From contig OZ037767.1 in NCBI GenBank assembly GCA_964035545.1, forward strand, positions 13,005,801 to 13,069,800: DNA of 64,000 bases, in the 5' to 3' direction. Positions 1 to 10,395 of the stretch are shown here, in pieces. Below the pieces are notes generated by a model. It had not been told where the DNA came from. It saw only the letters and a program-made list of their open reading frames with translations, and searched no databases. This DNA is from Bugula neritina. Its lineage: Eukaryota; Animalia; Bryozoa. The stretch's first letter is position 1; the number at the start of each line of letters is the position of its first letter. Made by a program: the position numbers and the translations under genes.

Positions 1-188
1 AAATAATTTCCAACTCATCTAATACCTTGTTCATTTGCATTCACTGCAGACTTATCTATTTACCAGCAACTTTTTACTTGTTATGAAAACTTCCATACAT
101 ATTTCATATTAAATTTAACTTATTGAACATTTTCCACTCAGCTTTTACATCAAAGGGATTTAAACATAGCATGTTATATTTTTTTAAG

Positions 189-286
189 AACCAACTAGAG
201 CAGCTGTGTGGCTGGCACCTGTGATATCTGGAACTGTAGCAGGAGTGATATTTTTAGGAGTCATAGGGGTGTTGCTGGCAGTATGT
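189..286 (+). CDS. Gene B (mucin paralogue) transmembrane exon: (E)PTRAAVWLAPVISGTVAGVIFLGVIGVLLAVC
   Basis: Acceptor ttttttaag| and donor |GTAAGT at 287. Hydrophobic helix. About 4 substitutions versus gene A exon 8233-8333 (reverse strand). Confidence 0.85.
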
Positions 287-371
287 GTAAGTACCTTACT
301 AACTGTAATAGTAAGTATATGTGTAAGTAACTTACTAATTGTAATAGTAAGTATTATGTGTAAGTAACTTA
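287..371 (+). repeat. 36/37-bp tandem repeat (about 2.3 units), each unit starting with GTAAGT
   Basis: gtaagtaccttactaactgtaatagtaagtatatgt / gtaagtaacttactaattgtaatagtaagtattatgt / gtaagtaactt. Homologous array at 8131-8232. Confidence 0.85.
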
Positions 372-388
372 TATACATTGCCTAATAT

Positions 389-407
389 TATATATATAAT
401 ATATATA

Positions 408-441
<34 letters not shown>

Positions 442-468
442 AATTAAATATATATATATATATATATA
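389..468. repeat. Imperfect (AT)n microsatellite
   Basis: Directly visible. Confidence 0.9.
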
Positions 469-628
469 TTATTGAGGAAAAGAGCAATTTGATTATATAG
501 ATGTTGTTTTATTGCACTACTAATAGTTTCATGCCTCTTCGGCACTCCTCAGGCACAATATATATATATGCACATAATAATTTGAGCACTTTTTTATCCG
601 CTGTTTTTTAAAAATCTCACAATACAGT

Positions 629-794
<166 letters not shown>

Positions 795-1136
795 GTATGT
801 ATATACATGTATGTATAATTATATATAATTCTTTTTCACTCTAAATATTTTTTTTTCTAATCTGCTCTATTGTATAACTTCTTGAGAAATCACTATAGCT
901 CACCCAGATAGTCTTTTCCAGCAACCAGAATGTTTTTAAAAGTGTTCTGCTAGATCTATAAAAATAATTGGTATAAGTTTTACTCCTTTTTACAAGTTAA
1001 TATCTTTAAGTTTTAGAATTATGATATCAAATGAATGGTTTAGTGTAACCATGGCAACATTTTACTTGTAGATAAGTATGTAACTTTGTATAAGTTTTAA
1101 TAAAGCTCTTTAGTGTAACTGAGCCTTCACTTGTAG

Positions 1137-1339
1137 ATACGAAAGACAAACAAACCAAGTGTTCACAGAAAAACCTCCATGCATAATCTACATCCTGCAT
1201 TGAGATTTAAAGCAAGTAACTACAACATTGGAATGGCCAGATTCCCAGAAAGCTTTGCAGGATCAGATGGGTCCAGTGTAGAAAACGGTTTCCCTTACAA
1301 AAAAGGGAGTCCGGTGTGGCCAGGTGGAGCTAACAGAAA
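1137..1339 (+). CDS. Gene B cytoplasmic-tail exon (IRKTNKPSVH...NLHPALRFKASNYNIGMARFPESFAGSDG...WPGGANR)
   Basis: acttgtag|ATA start and AA|GTGAGT end. 203 bp, with the same length and phases as gene A exon 7455-7657. Basic stop-transfer residues follow the TM. Confidence 0.85.
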
Positions 1340-1401
1340 GTGAGTGAATAAGTTACAACTTTTAACAGACGCGTACTTTGTTCACTTCAGAATAACAGTA
1401 A

Positions 1402-1779
1402 AGGCCTGGGCTCACGATCGTGAGAATCACATGAAATCGTCTATTTGGCACGAAAAAGCAATCGTACGAGAAAATTTGAGGGAATTCAACCGAAATTGTC
1501 TTCGTTGGGTGTACACAGCGATGACGATGGACGAAAAATTACAATCAACGATAAGCACCATTTGATTGGTCAATAGAATTTTAACAACAGCAATTATTTC
1601 ATTTCTATCTTGGCTTTCTGTTTGGCAATTTTCTGCTGTTTGTATCTCGTGCAAGGCTCTTCACGGACTATTAATTATGTGTTTCATACAACGAGTGTGT
1701 GGCTGGTCAAAACGAGAGGATAACTCGCGAAAATCGTAACATGATTTTGTGTGATTCTCACGATCATGAGGCCAGGTCT
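1402..1779. mobile_element. MITE / non-autonomous DNA transposon in the last intron of gene B
   Basis: Imperfect terminal inverted repeats of about 37 bp: aggcctgggctcacgatcgtgagaatcacatgaaatc (1402) versus gattttgtgtgattctcacgatcatgaggccaggtct (1743-1779). Absent from the homologous 260-bp intron of gene A. No clear TSD. Confidence 0.7.
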
Positions 1780-1915
1780 AGTTAGAGCAGGAACGCTATA
1801 TAGTTTTGATATTTTTTTACAAAACATTTATAGTTTTTAACAATGCAGTAACTCACATAAATATAAAATAAAAACCTTGTCATCAGCATTAGAAACAATT
1901 TATATATTACTGTAG

Positions 1916-1967
1916 GTATCAGCCAGAACCCAGCCACAAAGTTTGGAGAAATGACTTCTTAGCCTAA
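1916..1967 (+). CDS. Gene B terminal coding exon: (K)YQPEPSHKVWRNDFLA*
   Basis: ctgtag|G TAT, 52 bp to TAA, colinear with gene A 7143-7194. A candidate AATAAA lies at 2105-2110. Confidence 0.8.
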
Positions 1968-2747
1968 CGTAGCCTCGAAAGAGATTTAATGTTTGTCAAC
2001 CATGATTTAACACGACTATTCTCATGCTTTACTTAACTTTTCTAATAACATCCTGTCTTATATTTTTTGAACATGCACAGTGTTGAATTTCGTAGTATGC
2101 CATAAATAAACACTATAAATTTATAGTTTGTATTTTTATAAAATTAATATTTTTTATAGCATTGTTGGCCATGCATATCAATTTTTAAAAAATATTTATT
2201 AAAGTATATTCTGTATACAATAATTTTTGTAAGTTTTTAATGTCAATTTGTTGATCAATATTTCATGAACATTTTAATAATCAAAGTAAATTTCAAAATA
2301 TTTCACTATATTATTATCTAACTGCTTTTATCTTTTAATAACTAAAAAACAGTATTGAGCTAATTTTTGTAATCTTTCTAGTGGTTTTAAATAAATACCG
2401 TGTTTACAAAACAAGTTGGAAAGCTCACTTTCCAAACTGTTTTCTCAAATATTTTTTTAACCTGGAGCTCATCTCAGAAAGCAAACCGTTATGTCAGAGT
2501 TGAAAGTCTTTTACCAAGTAATTCCAGTATATATCATATAACCTTACAGTTAGCTGGGAAAGGATTCTGCACATGTGTATTGATGTGTGACTGTGCTGCG
2601 AGGTAGCTGTGTTTTTGTTCTAGTCTGCAGGGGTGTTAGGCCTCCAGGTTACGCATTCCTTTGGTGATGTTCCATAGTATATCATTATAGGATCCATGCT
2701 AGGCTGAGCATCCAGTAGTACACCTCTAGTGTTGAGTTTATCCAGTA

Positions 2748-2818
2748 ACTCCTGTGGTGTAATGGTAGCACGCTTGTTGGCAAGCCAAAGGACTCGGGCT
2801 CGATTCTCAGTGGGGGCA
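2748..2818 (+). pseudogene. Degenerate tRNA-like sequence / tRNA-derived SINE head
   Basis: A-box-like TGGTGTAATGG and B-box-like GGCTCGATTCTC at tRNA spacing. The stems pair poorly, so this is not a functional tRNA. Confidence 0.55.
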
Positions 2819-3461
2819 ATTGTTTTTCAAGACCCTAACATACTCCTAGTTTATTGATTTGTTGTTCACCAGTTCTATTCTGTTGTCCACAAGCACGCTA
2901 TTCATCTCTCTGTGGGCCACCAACTTGAAACAAGAAATCTTCCTCAAAGTACCACAGCCTCACTCACCGTGTACATCTGAATGGAAACACTGGCTGAATC
3001 ACAAGCAAATGATGTGTATCCTCTTATTAAAAAGTCACTTAGGTTTGTTACATCTATTAGAGGGCAAAATTTTTCATAAGTGCTGTTTGATAGTTTTGTA
3101 TGCTAAGCATAATTACCAGAATGTTTTCTGCCAACCAACATTTTGAGTGAAAAAGTGCTGTTTCTGAAAGTGTTCTAGAGTTATTGACATCAGATATAAT
3201 TTAGATGTTTTTATCCACTTACCAGCAGAAACTGAAGAAGTTAAAGATGTTGTATGAAATATCTTTTAGTCTGGTTACTCTACACTACAAAGATCTGACC
3301 AGCTGTTTGTTTACTTGCATAGGCTATAAATTTTATTGCTATCTTTCTCCCCATATCTATGACTTGATGTTGTGTTGTGTTTCCAATATTTCTTATTATA
3401 AAAAAACAGAAATATGATTGAAATGAAAAATCTGATCTGAATTTATGATTATTTGTCCCAA

Positions 3462-3630
3462 ATCAGTCAATCAAATAATCAATCAACGAATCAACCAATT
3501 AATCAATCAATCAATCAAACAATTAATCCATCAATCAATCACCCATTCAAACAATCATCCATTCAATCAAATTCAGTAATCAATCAATTCATTAATCAGT
3601 CAATCAATTCATTGATCAATTAATCAATCA
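3462..3630. repeat. Degenerate (AATC)n microsatellite
   Basis: aatcaatcaatc runs directly visible. Confidence 0.9.
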
Positions 3631-3816
3631 AGGTCTTATTGGAGTTTCATTATATCATTTATATATATTTTCCTTTATAAGCTGTCCCATTAAAAAGTAT
3701 TTAGTGTTTAATATTATAACAAGAGAAGGAGAAAGAAAAAGCTATAGTATTATGTAAGAAGTATTATATTAAAATCCTCCACTTAGCTTTTAATTACACT
3801 TTGTCTTCATGTGAAA

Positions 3817-5083
3817 CTAAAAGGTTACCCACTTTTTATGTGCCCAATTGGGTAATAATCTTGCGAGTTTCTCATTATCAAGGCTAGCTAACTCTGATAC
3901 TGAGCTCATAGCATTTCTGCAGCTCTCCAAGTAATCCGCGTACTTCTGAAGCACTTGATGGTCATCTGTTGCAATCTTCTTCCAGTTATCTAGTTCGTTT
4001 TTCATTGATGAGCTACGTCGAGTTTGTTACCATATCTTGAGGACAGCTTCTGACGCGCCTTGTAGTAGCTATGCTCTGTTCGTATTTAAAGATGTCCAAT
4101 AATACATTCTTTTGCAGGGCCGTCTACATACTTTTTCAGGCATCTCAACTTTTCTGATCCTTCCTCTATGCCCATGGATGTTAAGTAGCTGTCGAAATCG
4201 CATTCCCAATCATCAAACTCTAAAGTGTTGCCCTAGAAGATATCTGGTTCAATATATGCTTTCCTTGTAAGTTTGATTCCCTGAGCAATGTTATTGGTCA
4301 GTTGGCAGATGGAATCTTCACCTGAATGACCACTTAAGTATTGAAGATTGTCTCGGGTTTAACTTCAGTGTTTGGAGATGTTGCGGGGGCAGACCACAGG
4401 TCTATCAGGTCAGTTGTGATCACGTGCACTTCTAAATTGTTCTCATCTCTTACTGGATTTCTGTTCAGAGGTGTGGATTCCGAGGCGGCCATTTGTAGTT
4501 GCTGGGCTTGCTCTTTTACTAGTTGAAACTTCTCTCTCTCAGCCTGATACTCTTCAAACTTGCACGGCTCTTCTTCCAATAATTTTTTTTTACTTGCTAG
4601 CCCTTCCTGTTCTTTGCATTGTTCTTCTTGAACAGCCATACCTTGTCGTATCTCTAGAATTGTTTCAGTGATTTACCAACCTTCCCAATAAAAGATTCAA
4701 AATATTTTTCTATTTTTGTTTCCACTTTATTGTCAGATAATTGTAAAAGTTTAGCATAATCAGATGTAATAGACTCAGCTTTTGTTTCTATTTCGGTAAC
4801 ACAAGTATCAAGAGTATTTACCATATAAACATCATTACGGCATCTTTTAAAAATAACATCAACAGCATGAAGCTCTCTGTTTATAGCAGCATATAGTATA
4901 AATGCCAGCTCATTTTTCTGGCTTTCTTTGCCAAGATTTGAAACTTGTTTTGGTTGGCACCGCAATTTCACCTTTTGCATTGCTAGTGCATGATCTGTTG
5001 CTTACTGGTTGTATTAGTAGAGCTGCTAGATTCTTGTCAGAATACTCATCTAAATCAAGCAGGCTAACATTTGCTTCGGCCAT
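3817..5083 (-). mobile_element. Decayed BEL/Pao LTR-retrotransposon gag fragment
   Basis: Fragments EPDIF*GNTLEFDDWECDFDSYL...EKLRCLKKYVDGPAKECIIG (about 4100-4260, with an in-frame stop) and ELDNWKKIATDDHQVLQKYADYLESCRNAM...LARLLPNWAHKKW resemble BEL/Pao Gag (DUF1759-type). The upstream coiled-coil-like ORFs are broken by frameshifts. ATG at 5083. No pol recognised. Confidence 0.7.
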
Positions 5084-5686
5084 TTGATTAATTTGGATTA
5101 CAGCAAAAACTTACAAATATACCATGCACTATAAAACTAATGTGCTGCTATGTGTAATTAATTGGCAGTAGATCAGGCCGTGAATATAATCATGAGTCAA
5201 CCACAACTTGATTGTTTGTTTTGATAACTAATACGTGCTAGGCTAGCAAGCCTGAAAACTGCAACATGGGTTTCTGCCACACAACTGGGTCAATCCCACA
5301 ATGGACCAATAGAAGCTAATGAACAATTCAAACCACTAATAAGCTGCAAGAACACTTATCATTAGCCCCACTCACACTAATCAATGCTGCTTTGTTGAAT
5401 GCACTGATTCCTAATTAGCTTTACAAAAACAAAGAATTGTTTTAAAAATTCAAATAATAGCAGAAATAGTAAATACTCTAAATATTTTCATGAAGAGATA
5501 AAATTTACTGTTACAACACTCCTCATATAATTAAAAATGCGATTTACACAAGAAATTAATTTAAATTTAAAGTTTGTTGTGGTAAATATTAATATGTCAT
5601 TAAGATGCACAGATGTACTTATCTTTCAGTACCCTCCTGTACTATAGCTTTATCGAGCTTCAGGAGTTGTCTCTTCAAATGATTGT

Positions 5687-5830
5687 TTTAGGTATGGCTA
5701 TACGGGCGTCACAAAGTGTCTCTCTGGACTTTATTTTAGGTGTGGTTCTACGGGGCGTTACAAGGTGTCTCTCTAGACTTTATTTCAGGTGTGGCTCTAT
5801 GGGGCGTCACAAGGTGTCTCTCCGGACTTT
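5687..5830. repeat. 49-bp minisatellite, about 3 copies
   Basis: ggcgt(c/t)acaa(a/g)gtgtctctc...gacttt recurs at 5705, 5754 and 5803. Confidence 0.85.
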
Positions 5831-6701
5831 GGTAAAGATTTCACTGTAGCAGTTTTGTTTGGTCTGCTAGCAACCGCAAGCTTATCAGTGTAGGTTTAGG
5901 AATTCAACTGATGTCTTGTGAGTGTAGTTATTAGTATTTTATTCCAACTTATAACACTTTTGCTCACAAAGCTACACCGTAAAATCTAAATAAAATACAC
6001 ACAATATAAGGCTATATAAAGTACAAGAAAGTATAAAGAACTGTAAAAAAAATAACACATATAAAAATTATTAAAGTAGGCAAAAATATTACTGCATAAT
6101 ACTTCACTAAAAATAATGTCAGCTATAAGCTATTTTATATAATATAAACTAAATGTATCGACATCACAGCATTAAAACAACAAATGATAGAAAAATTAAT
6201 AGCAGACAAACCTTTAGCTCTTCTCTGATAACTTGATAATATAGCTTCTGCTTTTAGATTTCCGTATATTTTAGTAATATGTATGTTGTTTAATGTAAAA
6301 TTATAAGTAGTATAACTTGCTCTTTGGCTCTAATAATTGCAACTGATCAGGATAACCAATGCTTTCCAACATCAGCAGAATAATACACAAAAAACAAATA
6401 AACAAAAATGATGTGTTCCAGATCCCATTGGTCACCCAACTTGCACCACCAGCCCCAAACAATTCCAAATGAGGGAACAGAAATGTTCTGGCAGAATTGT
6501 TGTTTTAGACTTTTGCAATACACTTGATTCACTATTTTTGGTTTTTGCTGTGCAGTTGTAGGAACTTATTGTTTTGTTTAGGAGCTATTAATATACTATG
6601 ACGATGGACTATGAAACACACATACACACAGTGTGCATGTAAACTTGCTGTTAGCTACTTTTACAATAGTTTTAAAAGTAGTTTTTTAAATGCAATATAC
6701 G

Positions 6702-7020
6702 CTAAAGTAGTTCATATATGTATATAAATATAAAACTTTATTGAAGTGATTGATAGAAAAATATTAGTTTATTAAAGAAAGAAGCCATATATATAAAAAG
6801 TTAGTGACATACAATACTCAAAACACTGATATGCTTGAGTATTGTATGTCACTAGCTTACATAGTTTTATAAGCTATTAATAAATTTATGCAAAGTACCC
6901 TAAAGTAGTTCAGATACAAAATTTAATTAAAATGAAAATATAAAAAATATTAGTTTCATAAAAAAAGTTATAAATATAAAGAGTTAGCAACATATCATGC
7001 TTAAAAAGTGGTATGTTTCA
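6702..7020. repeat. Degenerate direct duplication, about 198-bp spacing
   Basis: ctaaagtagttca...aaaatattagttt...tataaa.agttag..acata at about 6702 and about 6900. Confidence 0.6.
6802..6854. repeat. Perfect 20-bp inverted repeat with a 13-nt loop
   Basis: tagtgacatacaatactcaa (6802-6821) and ttgagtattgtatgtcacta (6835-6854). Confidence 0.9.
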
Positions 7021-7113
7021 AAAATACAAGTGAATAGTATAAAAATAAAGTAAAGCATTAACATAATCTTGTTGAATCATGGAAGTAATGTGCATGAGCA
7101 CACTACTTAATTG

Positions 7114-7119
7114 TTTATT
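7114..7119 (-). terminator. Candidate polyadenylation signal AATAAA of gene A
   Basis: About 24 nt after the stop codon. Other candidates exist near 6737-6773, and the motif is common in AT-rich DNA. Confidence 0.3.
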
Positions 7120-7142
7120 GATAACTCTCTCCTGGGACTGCT

Positions 7143-7194
7143 TTAGGCAAATGAATCGCTGCTCCAACTTTTACGTCTGTTTTCTGGTTGATAC
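7143..7194 (-). CDS. Gene A terminal coding exon: (M)YQPENRRKSWSSDSFA*
   Basis: tttgctgtag|G TAT. Phase 2 matches the upstream donor. Homologous to 1916-1967. Confidence 0.8.
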
Positions 7195-7454
7195 CTACAG
7201 CAAAATATTTAATGAATAAATAGATTAAGCTCTCAAACACATGGTATATGGTATATATATATTGTATATACGAGTACTTATCCTGGTTATTGCAATACCA
7301 AAAAACAACTATTTGAATATAATAAAAGCTGATACAGAACAAGTAACTTCAGTTCCAACTAATAATATATCATAATGTGGATGGATATATTTTAAGTACT
7401 ACAATCATGAGTGTTTCTACAAAACAGATATAGCCGTAATCTCTATACACCTAC

Positions 7455-7657
7455 ATTCTGTTAGCTCCACCTGGCCATACAGGGTTCCTTTTTCTGTGAG
7501 AAAAGCTGTCCTCTGAACTGGAACCATCTGATCCTGCAAAGCTTTCTGGGAATCTGGCCATTCCAATGTTGTAGTTACTTGCTTTAAATCTCAGTGCAGG
7601 ATGTAGATTAAGCAATGGGTTATTTCTGTGTACATCAGGTTTGGTTCTTCTACGTAT
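7455..7657 (-). CDS. Gene A cytoplasmic-tail exon (IRRRTKPDVH...WPGGANR)
   Basis: tttacttgtag|ATA start and AT|GTAGGT end. 203 bp open frame. Homologous to 1137-1339. Confidence 0.85.
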
Positions 7658-8130
7658 CTACAAGTAAATCTCCAGTTATACCAAACTGTCAATTTAATAA
7701 ATTTGCAAATTATTTCTGAAATTTCAAGTTTATTTTAGTCTATGAAAAAAAAATCAGCAGTCTTTTAAATAAAACTTATATGCCAACTATCTCTATTAAT
7801 TTATCTAAGAAGTAGCTTAGTTTGTCAGCACGCTCTGTGCTGCCAGGATGGTCTCAGATGAACACCTTCTCAGAAGCTATTTTATGACAGAGTTAGAATT
7901 TTAGAGAGTGGTGCAACAGAAGCTGTTTCATCACGGACTACTACGTTTTGTTGTAAGTAAACTTAATCTTCAAATCAGCAATTAAAAATGTTATAATTTG
8001 ACAAATGAAGATCTCAGTACACTATGTATCTCAAACTAGATAAATATGTTACTTAATATGGAACAAAATTGAAAAGATGTATTTATAATGTGTGTACCAC
8101 TTATTACAATTGCAGTTGGCTGATAGATTA

Positions 8131-8232
8131 TTTACTATTACAGTTAGTAAGTTACTTACACATATACTTACTATTACAGTTGGTAAGTTACTTACATATA
8201 CTACTTATTATTACAGTTAGTAAGTTACTTAC
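8131..8232 (-). repeat. 36/37-bp donor-containing tandem repeat, about 3 units
   Basis: Minus strand reads gtaagtaacttactaactgtaata... three times directly after the TM exon. Confidence 0.85.
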
Positions 8233-8333
8233 ACATACTGCCAGCAACACCCCTACGACTCCTAAAAATATCACTCCTGCTACAGTTCCAGATATCACAG
8301 GGGCCAGCCACACATCTGCTCTAGTCGGTTCTT
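8233..8333 (-). CDS. Gene A transmembrane exon: (E)EPTRADVWLAPVISGTVAGVIFLGVVGVLLAVC
   Basis: ctttttag|AA start and TGT|GTAAGT end. Phase 1 in, phase 0 out. Hydrophobic helix with GxxxG spacing. Confidence 0.88.
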
Positions 8334-8976
8334 CTAAAAAGAAAGTTTATGTTAAAATCTAGGAATGAGCTAAAGCATGACAATAGCATGAGCATAAAAC
8401 TTTCATTACTTTAACTTTAATGTAGCATGTATGCAAATTTTTATGGGAATTAAACTGTCATGGCAATATCTGTAATTAAAGTAAGACGGCGGCATGTTTA
8501 ATTAACATTCTAGGTTCATTTAAGTGAGGTATTTTTTATTTTTCAGCTGAGTTTTTATAAGAGAATAAAGCAATCGCCCACATATCAACATATGGAGAGA
8601 GCATTACACGTCATTAGAATGGGAGATAAACATATCCTCTTACACAACTATTTGCTACAAACTTTAAACAAGATGTTTAGAATTGACCTCCATATTTACT
8701 CTCAATTCATTATATTTTTTAAAAGTAATTTCTCAATCTTCAACCGGGACTGTTTAGCTTCTTAAGAATTGCATTGAAAGAAGACTAACTTGTTAGTGAA
8801 ATGTTTAGCTTCACAAACAGAATACAAAACACATCAAAATAAGTATACCATTGCGAAAATTGAAAATATATACATTATATATATTCAAAAGACATGAAAA
8901 CTATACACAACAAAGTTGAATGATATTGATCAAAGCTCTGTTAATTTCAGAGAAATGTGAATTAAGTAGCAAATAC

Positions 8977-9242
8977 CTGCTGCGGTAGTCATAGGAGATA
9001 TTGTGGTAGTTGTACTAGCTGGTACAATGACTATCTGTCCTCCTGATGCTGTTATAGATGTCTCGTTTCCAACTTGAATAGGAACTGAAGCTGTCTGAGT
9101 GACCGCTTCTGACACAATGTTCTCTAAGCTTGTCACATTGAGCTCTTCTTCACCAGCTAGTGGATTCATAGCAACGTCAAAGTCTACTATTACATTTGCA
9201 TTTGGATCAACTGCACGTTTCCTTCTACCTTGGGCTTGACAT
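8977..9242 (-). CDS. Gene A SEA-like domain C-terminal half with RRKR site and S/T-rich stalk
   Basis: cattttag|A TGT start and GCA G|GTATTT end. Encodes CQAQGRRKRAVDPNANVIVDFDVAM...STTTTISPMTTAA. Phases 2 and 1 fit the neighbouring exons. Confidence 0.85.
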
Positions 9243-9363
9243 CTAAAATGTTTATACATAATATTAAAACTTATATTTTTGTTGCATGGATGTATAACCT
9301 TTTTTCAAAAGCTGGACTGGAATGATAGTAATTATTTGATTTTTAAACTTTTTAGAAACTTAC

Positions 9364-9428
9364 GTGAAAGAAATTCTTATAACTGCAACAAAATGGGTAG
9401 CAGCCTCAGAGGAGAAACTGGCATATAT
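9364..9428 (-). CDS. Gene A SEA-like domain middle exon: IYASFSSEAATHFVAVIRISF(T)
   Basis: ttctttttacag|ATA start and AC|GTAAGT end. 65 bp, bridges phase 0 to phase 2. Not in the ORF track. Confidence 0.85.
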
Positions 9429-9959
9429 CTGTAAAAAGAAATTGCAATGTGCTACTCACCATAACCAGTACATAACAAATACATAATTTTGTGTGCAAGT
9501 TGTGCTGATCATACTTTGCAGTGAATAATGTGTTAATGCAAGTTACGGCTGTACAAAACATGCAATGTAGCGTTCCTTATGTGAATCTGTTCACTTTAAT
9601 TTGGCACCTTGTATATGAAGAATAATTAATAAGTACTAGTGTAGAAACATTTTTGTAAGTTTATAGCTTGTCTTAGCTAGCTTTGATTCTAGAAATTTTA
9701 AACAAGCTTCCTATAACAGCATATTCGGTGTCAGTGAATCGGTTGTAATTGTTAGAGAGCAAATGAGTAAGAGGTTAAAATACAACAACCAACCACTGAG
9801 TCAAGAAAAAGCTCTTGAACTGTCTGTCATTACACAGTCTATTTCACTATAACTATCCTCAATTAGATAATAAACAAGTTTTGATAAAAATCTAGTGCTA
9901 TGAATTTTTAGATGCTCTCCGGTTTTGTCATGCTAATTTCACTAAGAAAATCTTCTCAC

Positions 9960-10096
9960 TTGAATAATCACAGCCAGTCTCATCTCAGCATATGCTACTG
10001 TTGTTGGATCTTCAATGTCAGTGTTACAGCCACTTGGAAATGTGTAGATGATTTGTGTGCTGAACTGAACTGTGTTCACTGCGACAGCTGTATTCT
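9960..10096 (-). CDS. Gene A SEA-like domain first exon: (E)NTAVAVNTVQFSTQIIYTFPSGCNTDIEDPTTVAYAEMRLAVIIQ
   Basis: ttttttgtag|AG start and CAA|GTGAGA end. The D-I-x-D-P-x-T-x-x-Y pattern resembles the start of the SEA helix. Confidence 0.85.
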
Positions 10097-10278
10097 CTAC
10101 AAAAAAAGAGAATATAATGCAAACACCAACGATTGTGTTGAAGCAAATGTTATAGTAATGTGTCATTTCAAGTGTAATTTCATTAGAGTCACATATTAAA
10201 GTAAAATCACTTCAAGTGTAACATTCAATTGGTTGCTCTGCTACGTAATAATGTGCTGCCATTTTAAAATAAACTTAC

Positions 10279-10395
10279 CAACACAATTGTTAGTTGATGA
10301 GTCTCTAATGTAGTTGCTGTTACATTCACATACTTCAAGGAGGTTACATACTTCATTTTCCAAACAATTGTCACATGGCTTAGTGAATGGGGGCT
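10279..10395 (-). CDS. Gene A six-cysteine EGF-like exon: (E)PPFTKPCDNCLENEVCNLLEVCECNSNYIRDSSTNNCV
   Basis: gactgtag|AG start and G|GTAAGT end. Symmetric phase 1-1, 117 bp. Cys spacing C-2-C-5-C-5-C-1-C-12-C. Confidence 0.88.

Noticed and set aside
2748-2818. Functional tRNA gene
   Set aside because: The acceptor and anticodon stems do not pair properly and the B box is mutated.
2400-3417. Short plus-strand ORFs (also 1344-1654, 5613-5849, 6347-6532, 9912-10199 and 10758-10955)
   Set aside because: No recognisable domains or splice support. Expected by chance, or lying within repeats or antisense to real exons.
7115-7342. 75-aa minus-strand ORF
   Set aside because: Different frame from the terminal exon supported by splice phase and paralogue conservation.
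8069-8362. ORFs 8069-8362(+) and 184-378(-), which resemble each other
   Set aside because: They are antisense shadows of the two TM exons and their donor repeats.
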